Virus record (IMG/VR): IMGVR_UViG_3300042887_005798 | Direction: 5' to 3' (one strand) | Origin: a virus | Lineage: Duplodnaviria > Heunggongvirae > Uroviricota > Caudoviricetes | DNA length: 64,000 nucleotides | Shown: positions 56,367 to 64,000 of the stretch, one piece after another | How the letters are laid out: the number at the start of each line of letters is the position of its first letter | How positions within the stretch are numbered: the first letter of the stretch is position 1 | Notes under the pieces: model-generated | The model's database searches: none | What the model was told of the DNA's origin: nothing | What the model saw: only the letters and a program-made list of their open reading frames with translations | Made by a program: the position numbers and the translations under genes

Positions 56367-56596
56367 ATTTTGAAGAAAAGTTGATAAGATATATAGCATC
56401 AAAACTTATCCAAAGGAAATACCTTTCAATAAAAGAAGAGTTTCCTTCGGCAAGACAGTTAACTTTTTTTATCAACAGAGTGATAGAAATTTTAAAAGAA
56501 AAACACGGAAGGCTAAATCATGTGCGAATTCACGACGATTATGGCTTGGTAACACCATTCGTTCAACAAGCAGTGGATGAATTAAAAATAAATTGA
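56345..56596 (+). CDS. Hypothetical protein
   Basis: 83 aa ORF; probable start MNFEE by ATGA-type overlap. Confidence 0.45.
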   Translation: MGKNGKMNFEEKLIRYIASKLIQRKYLSIKEEFPSARQLTFFINRVIEILKEKHGRLNHVRIHDDYGLVTPFVQQAVDELKIN

Positions 56597-57129
56597 ATAA
56601 ATTAAATGTTATTTTAGAGGAATTGAATGAACATGAAGCAGAAAATTTCATTGCTTCATGTGTAGCAAAACAAAAAAATCTTTTTGGTATACCCAGATTT
56701 ATTATTAAAAAAAACACTAGATTGAAATTGTCTAAAGTGAAAAATTTTTTAACAAAGGATGAATTTCATTTTGTTGAAATGGATAAAAAATACTTTGAAA
56801 TAATTGAAGAAAATTTTTTAGATTCTTTTTTAGAAGACATAGAATATGAGATTGTGTTTGATTTGTGCAGATTGTGTTTTGATAAAAATGATGACTTTTT
56901 TGATTATCTTCCAAACAAGTTCAAAAAACTTTTCAACTTAAATCTGAGGAGCATTGAAAGAAAAAATTTCTTGAAATCAAATGCTGCACATTTAGATGAT
57001 ATGTCATGTATTACAACAAAAGTAATTTGTCATAAATTAAATCAAGTTTGGAAGTATAAATGGAGTAAATCTAGTTCGTACTTGAATGAATATGACGATA
57101 ACATAGTGAATAATATTATCAGTGCATGA
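56593..57129 (+). CDS. Hypothetical protein
   Basis: 178 aa ORF, TTG start overlapping upstream stop. Confidence 0.5.
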   Translation: MNKLNVILEELNEHEAENFIASCVAKQKNLFGIPRFIIKKNTRLKLSKVKNFLTKDEFHFVEMDKKYFEIIEENFLDSFLEDIEYEIVFDLCRLCFDKNDDFFDYLPNKFKKLFNLNLRSIERKNFLKSNAAHLDDMSCITTKVICHKLNQVWKYKWSKSSSYLNEYDDNIVNNIISA

Positions 57130-57700
57130 ATTCAAATGTTTGATTAATAAAACTTATAAGAAAATTAGCTATCCTTTTTCAACAGTGATAGAAACTATAT
57201 TTACAAATAATTTACCTCCTTTATCTTTGATTATAAATGAAGTAAAATCGGGCGATTTATTGGTGGTTGAATTTATCAAAAATAAACCAGTTCGTGTTTT
57301 TCTGATTGAAAATGAAATTCTTCATCAAATTTATGGCGAACCTATTGATTTTTTTTCAAAAATACAGCTTCAATGCTTGGGTTTAAAGAAAAAAATTAAA
57401 ATTGAAGAATTTATATTCAATTTGTATGATCAATTCTCTTTGAATGAAATGATTTCATTTAAAAATGATTTTAGAGATTTTGAAAACAATCTTTTTAAAT
57501 ATTTACTTTTAACAAAAAATGAAGATAAATTAGACAACAAAAAATTGAGATCATTATCTTTCAAGAATTTTAAAAACCCTCATCTTGCTGAAAAAATGTC
57601 AAAAACCTTAATTAAAAATAAATTCAATTACTTCGATTTGAATGAAACTAAATTAACTATAGATTTTTCAAGCTTAACTGTACAATTTATAGATGATTGA
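57122..57700 (+). CDS. Hypothetical protein
   Basis: 192 aa ORF, GTG start overlapping upstream stop. Confidence 0.5.
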   Translation: MHEFKCLINKTYKKISYPFSTVIETIFTNNLPPLSLIINEVKSGDLLVVEFIKNKPVRVFLIENEILHQIYGEPIDFFSKIQLQCLGLKKKIKIEEFIFNLYDQFSLNEMISFKNDFRDFENNLFKYLLLTKNEDKLDNKKLRSLSFKNFKNPHLAEKMSKTLIKNKFNYFDLNETKLTIDFSSLTVQFIDD

Positions 57701-58538
57701 AAAATTTTACATTGATAATCAACTATATTTAGATTTTTTGGAGATAGAAAAAAATGACATTCCAATTAAAAATGACAATGTAAATAAACAAGAATTGTGT
57801 AAGTTGGTGGAAGCAAACTTCAGAAAATTAGCTCGTAAATATCATCCAGACTATGGCGGAAAAGATGAAGACTTTAAGTTTTTAATGAAAAGCAAACAAA
57901 AACTGATTGAAGATAACTCAAAAGAAACCAATGTCTCTTTAGGTATTAATGATAATAATTTTAATTGGTTTGATAAAAATTCTCTAGCTTCTAAACTAGG
58001 AAACCAACTTTTTGATTTAATTTCTGACTGGAAAACGGATTTGAACTTAAAGCCCTTATACAAACCAACAACTTCAGAAGATGTTTATGAATGGATCTTC
58101 AAAATACTTGACACAAACTTAGAATTATGTTTGAACGTTATAAATTTGTCAGAAGAACTCGCAGAGCTTTCACACAACCTGTACTCTGATGATTCACTTT
58201 CTGTTTTAGTGTGTTTATTTGTTCCTTCAAAGACTTTGGCAACCACCAATGTAGCTTATGATAATTCAATTATGCTTACATTTAATGATAAAATATTAAT
58301 CGAATCTTCAAGAGCGTCTGACATTTCTAAGTACTTTGAGAACAAAGAAAACATCAAAAGTGATATACAGTCTATATTGAATGATACTTTTGTCTCAAAA
58401 AATAATAATGTTTTAAAAACAAAAAAAGTTAATGAAGCTATCGATAAAGACAGAAAAGTATTGGAATACTTGCAAAATTTAAAGTTATTTTCAACAAAAT
58501 TCGATGAAAATGCAGCTGATTTCCTTGATAAACTTTAA
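57693..58538 (+). CDS. J-domain (DnaJ-like) protein
   Basis: NFRKLARKYHPDYGG..F..L: HPD motif with flanking helices. Confidence 0.8.
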   Translation: MIEKFYIDNQLYLDFLEIEKNDIPIKNDNVNKQELCKLVEANFRKLARKYHPDYGGKDEDFKFLMKSKQKLIEDNSKETNVSLGINDNNFNWFDKNSLASKLGNQLFDLISDWKTDLNLKPLYKPTTSEDVYEWIFKILDTNLELCLNVINLSEELAELSHNLYSDDSLSVLVCLFVPSKTLATTNVAYDNSIMLTFNDKILIESSRASDISKYFENKENIKSDIQSILNDTFVSKNNNVLKTKKVNEAIDKDRKVLEYLQNLKLFSTKFDENAADFLDKL

Positions 58539-58585
58539 AGGAGGGTTAGCACTCATTTCTCAAATTATAACAGAAGGTAAAAAAT

Positions 58586-59944
58586 ATGGCAAAACCCAAA
58601 CACATCTTCGTAATTGACACATGCGTATTATTGCACGATCCAGATTGTATTTACAAATTTGAAGAAAATGATATTTACATTCCTCTGGCTTGCATTGATG
58701 ATTTAGATGAAATTAAAACAAGAAAAGAAACCGCAGGATGGGCGGCTAGAGAAGTTTTTAGAAATTTAGATCAATATGATATTCAACAAATGACTAAAGG
58801 AGTGGTGATAAATGAAAAAGGTGGCAAACTTTTTATTTATAACAATGAAGCACCTTTAATGAGAAATGAAAAACCATCTATTACTAGAGTGAACTCTGAT
58901 AATGCAATTATTGACTCGGCAATTTCATTAAAAGCCGCAAATCCAAAAAGAAAAGTAGTAGTGGTTTCCAAAGACACTGGATTAAGAGTAAGGGCGATAT
59001 CTTGGGGTTGCGTTGCTGAAAATTACAAAAGTGATTTGTTATCAGAGAAAAACTTTTTTGAGGGTTATAGAATTGTTTCTATAAATGAATTGTCAGATTG
59101 GGAATATTTGTCAAAAAGAGAAGAATGCAAAATTTCAAATTTAGTCTGCCAAGATCAATTAGAAAATTTAAATCCTAATGAATTTATTTGTTTTAGATTT
59201 GGAAATCAGTCTGTGTTAGCTTGGTTTTACGAAAGAGAAATTAAGTTCATGGATGACAAAAAGAAAAAAGAATCTTACATGGGAATTACTGCAAAGAACA
59301 TGGAGCAAAGATTTGCTCTTGAGGCGTTGGCAAATGATAATATACCTCTTGTGTGCTTAAGTGGACCAGCAGGTAGCGGAAAAACTTTAATGGCTATTGC
59401 AGTGGGGCTAGAAAAAGTAAATCTTGGACAATATGATAGAATAATTGTTATGAAACCAATGGTTGCCGTAGGTGGCAAAGAAATTGGATTTTTGCCAGGT
59501 TCTAAATTAGAAAAAGTAAGTGCTTGGCTGGGTCCAATCAAAGACAACATTGTACAGTTAACAGCTTTTAAAGGGTATGATGGAAAATTTGGAGGAAATA
59601 GCTTTGAAGATATGGTTGAAGAAGGAATCATAGAAGTGGAGGCAATGGCTTTTATTCAAGGAAGATCTATTCCAAATAGTTTTATCATCTTAGATGAAGC
59701 AGAAAATGTAAGCCCTAAAGAAGCAAGAATGGTTGTTGAAAGATGTGGGAAAAATTCTAAAGTTATATTATTAGGAGATATGTCACAAATAGAAAATCCG
59801 TATCTTGATAAAAATTCTTGTGGATTAGCTCATGCAATCAATGGTAGTAAAACTCATGAAGTTGCCGCAGCAATTACAATGAACAAAGTGGAAAGATCTA
59901 TTTTGTCAGCTGCAGCTTCAAGCATTTTTAAATTAAGAAAATGA
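58586..59944 (+). CDS. phoH: PIN domain-PhoH family ATPase
   Basis: VIDTCVLLHDP and SKDTGLRVRA (PIN); GPAGSGKT, IGFLPG, QGRSI, ILDEAEN, GDMSQI (PhoH). Confidence 0.93.
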   Translation: MAKPKHIFVIDTCVLLHDPDCIYKFEENDIYIPLACIDDLDEIKTRKETAGWAAREVFRNLDQYDIQQMTKGVVINEKGGKLFIYNNEAPLMRNEKPSITRVNSDNAIIDSAISLKAANPKRKVVVVSKDTGLRVRAISWGCVAENYKSDLLSEKNFFEGYRIVSINELSDWEYLSKREECKISNLVCQDQLENLNPNEFICFRFGNQSVLAWFYEREIKFMDDKKKKESYMGITAKNMEQRFALEALANDNIPLVCLSGPAGSGKTLMAIAVGLEKVNLGQYDRIIVMKPMVAVGGKEIGFLPGSKLEKVSAWLGPIKDNIVQLTAFKGYDGKFGGNSFEDMVEEGIIEVEAMAFIQGRSIPNSFIILDEAENVSPKEARMVVERCGKNSKVILLGDMSQIENPYLDKNSCGLAHAINGSKTHEVAAAITMNKVERSILSAAASSIFKLRK

Positions 59945-61218
59945 ACTACAACGATATACCTTTGCCACAAGATGTGAGATTATATCAAGTGGCAAATAAT
60001 GCGGTCATTGAGCCGAAATTATCGCTATTATCTATTTCTGATAATGGCGATAATAACACATACATGAATCTTCAGAATAAACAATTTCTGTTCACTATAA
60101 CTAATCAAAATGCATTAGAACTTTCGATGTCATTTGATGACAAAAATGTTTCTTCTATCAGAAATTCCACATATTATTCTTTGAATGGGTTTGACAGAGG
60201 CTTTGATTATAGGTTTTTAAATTATAATAGCCCAACAGTATGTTTTTTTCCTTTGGTTTCAGCTACAGATAAAAGTACGAACGTAACACTTACTGCAATA
60301 GGCAGTAACTATTATCAAATTGCCAGTTATACTTCTGTATTGTCAAACACATTAAATTTAAATGATTTAATTTTGCTAAAAAATCAAACCACTAACTCAG
60401 AAAATAAAATATACAGAGTTACAACTATAACTGGTATAAATTTAACAGTATATGATGATTCAAGCGACACAGCAAGCGTAAATTCATTGTTAACTCAAAA
60501 CCAATCATATATTTTTACAAGAGTTAAAGTCAGTGACCAATACGGGGATTCATTTTACGGATTGTATAACACAAGTGGATATTTTTGGGTGTCTCAAACT
60601 GCAAATTTAAAACTAACCTCTGCAGATTATGGCATCACACTAAGTAGTGAACTTTCTGAAAATAAATTAAATGCAAGTTTATTTTCGAGTGTTAGTTTAG
60701 AGCTAAATCAAGTAGTAGCAGTAAACGTCTTAACAGATGGCGCAGGATCTTTAGGGGGGAAAACATCAGGACTATATTTGATCACTAAAATTGTTAATGG
60801 CTTTGTTTATATACAGCCAATATATCCAGATTATGTTTTTATACATCAATTCTTTGAAGTGGGATATGATTTAACAACTTTATCATCAAACGTCATTTGG
60901 TATGTTAACCCTGCAACAGTAACGTCATCAAATTATTTATATTCGTCTGTATTTTTTAATTTTTTAACGTTGAACATTAGCTCAGTAACAAATACACCAT
61001 CTTTGTGGGCTAGACAAGTAGGAGCGGCTTCAGATACTGTTCTTGGCGTAACCATTTATACCAGATTAGTTAACAATAATTATTTGAGAAATTCAGATAT
61101 TTTCAGTATGGCAATAAAACCTCCTACGTGGACTGAAAATGTAGTAGAGGGGTTATCTTTGAGTCTTTCATATAATACTAACATGCTTGCAGTGCAAGAT
61201 CAAGCGGTGATACAATAA
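59941..61218 (+). CDS. Putative virion structural protein
   Basis: S/T/N-rich; LNDLILLKNQTTNSENKIY motif. Confidence 0.55.
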   Translation: MNYNDIPLPQDVRLYQVANNAVIEPKLSLLSISDNGDNNTYMNLQNKQFLFTITNQNALELSMSFDDKNVSSIRNSTYYSLNGFDRGFDYRFLNYNSPTVCFFPLVSATDKSTNVTLTAIGSNYYQIASYTSVLSNTLNLNDLILLKNQTTNSENKIYRVTTITGINLTVYDDSSDTASVNSLLTQNQSYIFTRVKVSDQYGDSFYGLYNTSGYFWVSQTANLKLTSADYGITLSSELSENKLNASLFSSVSLELNQVVAVNVLTDGAGSLGGKTSGLYLITKIVNGFVYIQPIYPDYVFIHQFFEVGYDLTTLSSNVIWYVNPATVTSSNYLYSSVFFNFLTLNISSVTNTPSLWARQVGAASDTVLGVTIYTRLVNNNYLRNSDIFSMAIKPPTWTENVVEGLSLSLSYNTNMLAVQDQAVIQ

Positions 61219-62382
61219 ATGTCGTATGGAATTCTTCTTAAAAATGCAAACACAAACTCATCTTATCAAGATGATAATTTAATTTTTTATTCTACGCAAC
61301 GTGAAGGAATAAGCACCTCTGACCCAATGTATTTTACCACTGTAAATTTTACAGCCAAAACCATTGGTGTTAGTTTTGAAAAATATGGTAATTTAATAAG
61401 CAACTCATCTAGCAATAATTTTTCTTTTTCAAATTTTGATCTGAATGAATATAATTTTAAGGGTTTATCTGCAAACTTGAGCAAACCAACAATTGTTGAG
61501 CTTTGTAAAATAAAAAGCTATGAGCTAGGTGCTGGTCAAACTATATATGCTGACACGTTTATTGCTGGAGACAAATATATTAAAAATTTTAATGATCCTG
61601 GCAATATCTATACAAAAACTTCAACATTTCCAACTGGGCTAACGACAAGTTACTTTGGAACTAGCTTAAATTACACACTACCATCATCTGGAGTGCAAAA
61701 TTTTGTATACGTAAGTTTTGAAGATAACACGCATTCAAAATACTTTTTGGCAGTGCCACAATCAATAGGAGCGACGATTCCAAATAATTTTAGATGGTAT
61801 GAATTACCAAACAATGTTTTTTTTAATGATATTGATTATTATTTTACTATCAATGCATCTGGATTCAATGGCACAAATATTTCTATAAGTAGTTTTAATG
61901 GAATTATCCCATCAAAAGGCAAAACAATATTAATAAACAATGTTAATTACGACGATACATATTCTGGGGTGTATGTGATTCAAGCAATCACAAACAGCGT
62001 AATATTATCAAGAGGAAACATTGTAAATAATTTTCCAGGACAAACGTTTAATATAAAAATAAATTTAGATAATTCAAACTCACTTACGTATAACACAGCC
62101 GTTTACTATGTGCCTTTTGAATATGGGTATACAAGTGATTCATTTACAAAGGCGTTAAAATTGACAAAGTTTACAAACCCAATTCAAAACGACCCAACTA
62201 AATACACACCTCTCTTCAAAGATAATTATGATAATTCAAGTTTAATTCTTCAATTAAACACAATCTCAGATTCATCTAAAAAATCTGATACATTTATTTT
62301 AGGTATTGGTGTGTCTAATTGGTTTCCTAACTCAATCCTATATAATGTTAATGTAAGTTATCAAATAAAAGAAGGTTATTAA
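61219..62382 (+). CDS. Putative virion structural protein
   Basis: S/T/N-rich; GKTILINNV..YSGVYVI motif; paralog-like C-terminus with upstream gene. Confidence 0.55.
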   Translation: MSYGILLKNANTNSSYQDDNLIFYSTQREGISTSDPMYFTTVNFTAKTIGVSFEKYGNLISNSSSNNFSFSNFDLNEYNFKGLSANLSKPTIVELCKIKSYELGAGQTIYADTFIAGDKYIKNFNDPGNIYTKTSTFPTGLTTSYFGTSLNYTLPSSGVQNFVYVSFEDNTHSKYFLAVPQSIGATIPNNFRWYELPNNVFFNDIDYYFTINASGFNGTNISISSFNGIIPSKGKTILINNVNYDDTYSGVYVIQAITNSVILSRGNIVNNFPGQTFNIKINLDNSNSLTYNTAVYYVPFEYGYTSDSFTKALKLTKFTNPIQNDPTKYTPLFKDNYDNSSLILQLNTISDSSKKSDTFILGIGVSNWFPNSILYNVNVSYQIKEGY

Positions 62383-62406
62383 ATGCAATTTTACTAAAAA
62401 TTAAAT

Positions 62407-62817
62407 ATGCATGAAAACCAAATTTTAGATATTGTTGAATCTGTTACACTAAATAATCTCTCACTCAGAGAAAAATCTTTGATTGTTGCAGATGTAAAAA
62501 ACGAAATTTCTAATACTAGACTTGCAGGAAATGTTACTTCTTTAGTTTTATCAAAAATTAATGATTTAAGTAAAGGAATGTATAGAGAATCTCAAGCAAC
62601 TTTGCCAAAAATATTTCAAGATTTTTCAGAAAGCGAAGGTGAACAAAAGCCTTTTGAGATTAGAAATACAGATGAGATTGGTGATTTTTTAAACAAAATG
62701 ACAGAAAAAAAATTTGATGGAGATGTTTTTTCTGACACCTATCCATTTTATCATCCCACCGATGTTATGAGAGCAGAAGGAAATCCACAACACAGATCAG
62801 ATTTTAATGTGAAATGA
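62407..62817 (+). CDS. Hypothetical protein
   Basis: 136 aa ORF. Confidence 0.5.
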   Translation: MHENQILDIVESVTLNNLSLREKSLIVADVKNEISNTRLAGNVTSLVLSKINDLSKGMYRESQATLPKIFQDFSESEGEQKPFEIRNTDEIGDFLNKMTEKKFDGDVFSDTYPFYHPTDVMRAEGNPQHRSDFNVK

Positions 62818-63380
62818 AAAATATAAAATTATCTCAGGATCTTGGTGTAATGCCAATGGGTGGAGCCCCTGCTCCTGAAGCACCTCCTGCGCCTTCATTT
62901 AAAATTATTTACTCACCACTAGATTCTTTGGGGAAAATACTTGCGGATGTTGATTTTAAAACATTTTTACAAAACAACTTTGGAACAAATCCCGAAGAAT
63001 TAGCACACGATTTATGGGTAATGTATGGTGGTCCTGAAGATGAATTGAGCGAAGGGAAAAAAGGAAAAAGAAAAGATTCTCCAGAGTCAAGTGATCCAAC
63101 TGAACAAGACACTTTGCAACAAGAAGAGTATAACAGGACCCGAAAAACTAAATGGGAAAGATTACCAGAAGGTGTAAGCATTGAAGAAATCACTGATCCT
63201 CAATCATTAGAGACAGCAATCAGAAGTGGATTTGCTATGCTTGCAAAAATGAATAATAAACCAGCCACAGCTTATGTTAAAAATTGGGTAAGAATAGCTA
63301 ACATAGCTGATAATAATGGTGATTTTAAGTATGCTGATAAGATTCAGAATTTGATAAACGATGTCATCCACCTATTTTGA
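62814..63380 (+). CDS. Hypothetical protein with Pro-rich N-terminus and C-terminal IAN..D..G.F..ADKI motif
   Basis: 188 aa ORF. Confidence 0.55.
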   Translation: MKNIKLSQDLGVMPMGGAPAPEAPPAPSFKIIYSPLDSLGKILADVDFKTFLQNNFGTNPEELAHDLWVMYGGPEDELSEGKKGKRKDSPESSDPTEQDTLQQEEYNRTRKTKWERLPEGVSIEEITDPQSLETAIRSGFAMLAKMNNKPATAYVKNWVRIANIADNNGDFKYADKIQNLINDVIHLF

Positions 63381-64000
63381 TAGATCAGTTATTTTATCAG
63401 GTGTTTTATCACCACCTGTAATTGTAAATGGATCTTACCCAATCAAAACACAAGATTATTCTGTTCAAATGAATCAGAAAATAAGCTTAGATAGCTCATA
63501 CATGCAAGGTGGACCTGGCAAAGCAGTGGCTAGTATAAGTAAAAAAATTATTGATGGCAACATTTCTTTTCCTTTGAGAATAAATGAGTCTAACGCTTTA
63601 CAGTCTGGAATAATTGACTTATTAAATTCTGGACAAAATTATAATTCATTGGTTACACTAACCACTTTTTTGTTACCTTATAACGCCGCATTAACAGCAG
63701 AAAGTGATCCTTATGTATATAGTACGAATTCACTTGTTTTTGACACATGTGTTGTTGAAAAAACAACAATTACAGCAAAAAAAAATGGACCAGTAAATGT
63801 AAGTATAAGCATCAAGGGTCAAACTGATGTTGCAAATTTAAATCCGCTCACAATACCTGCTGATGACACAAACTTATATAGAAATGTAGATTGGTACGAT
63901 TGTTTTTTTGAAAGAAATGGTTCGCAACTTGAAAACTTAATTGAGTTCTCATTTACTATAGAAAAAGAAGTAGATCAAAAATTTTTCTTGATGTACTGTG
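63361..64000 (+). CDS. Partial ORF running off the window end, possibly tail tube-like
   Basis: Manual translation from ATG 63361 (MSSTYFDRSVILSGVLSPP...IDGNISFPL...FDTCVVEKTTI...VSISIKG...FSFTIEK) is open to 64000; absent from ORF track; beta-rich pattern only suggestive of tail tube. Confidence 0.6.
   Translation, partial: MSSTYFDRSVILSGVLSPPVIVNGSYPIKTQDYSVQMNQKISLDSSYMQGGPGKAVASISKKIIDGNISFPLRINESNALQSGIIDLLNSGQNYNSLVTLTTFLLPYNAALTAESDPYVYSTNSLVFDTCVVEKTTITAKKNGPVNVSISIKGQTDVANLNPLTIPADDTNLYRNVDWYDCFFERNGSQLENLIEFSFTIEKEVDQKFFLMYC

Overview
The window is AT-rich (roughly 70% A+T by eye), almost fully coding and read in the standard genetic code. It is most consistent with part of a jumbo/huge bacteriophage genome: tail-fibre and LamG virion genes, PhoH, GroEL, ClpX, ClpS and a J-domain protein, with no housekeeping operon structure. 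That assignment is inference, since no capsid or terminase gene lies in the window. Layout: (1) 1-3.8 kb, small hypotheticals plus adenosylhomocysteinase; (2) 3.8-26.5 kb, a roughly 30-gene glycan island (dTDP/CDP/GDP-deoxysugar enzymes, GT2/GT10/GT11/GT25-like transferases, methyltransferases) whose genes repeatedly switch strand; (3) 26.5-35.2 kb, ClpS, two virion-like genes, SAM decarboxylase, an HhH glycosylase, GroEL and a DUF1257/DUF2997 pair; (4) 35.2-52 kb, a minus-strand tail-fibre block with a Hint (intein-like) insertion, a degenerate spermidine-synthase-like gene, two LamG proteins, and 1234-aa and 2636-aa repeat fibres; (5) 52-64 kb, macro domain, ClpX, J-domain, PIN-PhoH and further structural genes. 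The strongest unexplained signal is regulatory. A palindromic TTGTACAA-core element sits at or within 1 nt of the midpoint between divergent start codons at five junctions, with TACAA(T/C/A) 6-7 nt upstream of ATG/GTG on both strands. The same GTA(T/C/G/A)AAT-N5-8-start signature precedes about ten further genes. This suggests a genome wired with ultra-compact bidirectional promoters producing leaderless mRNAs. All functional calls come from motif recognition by eye; no database searches were run.
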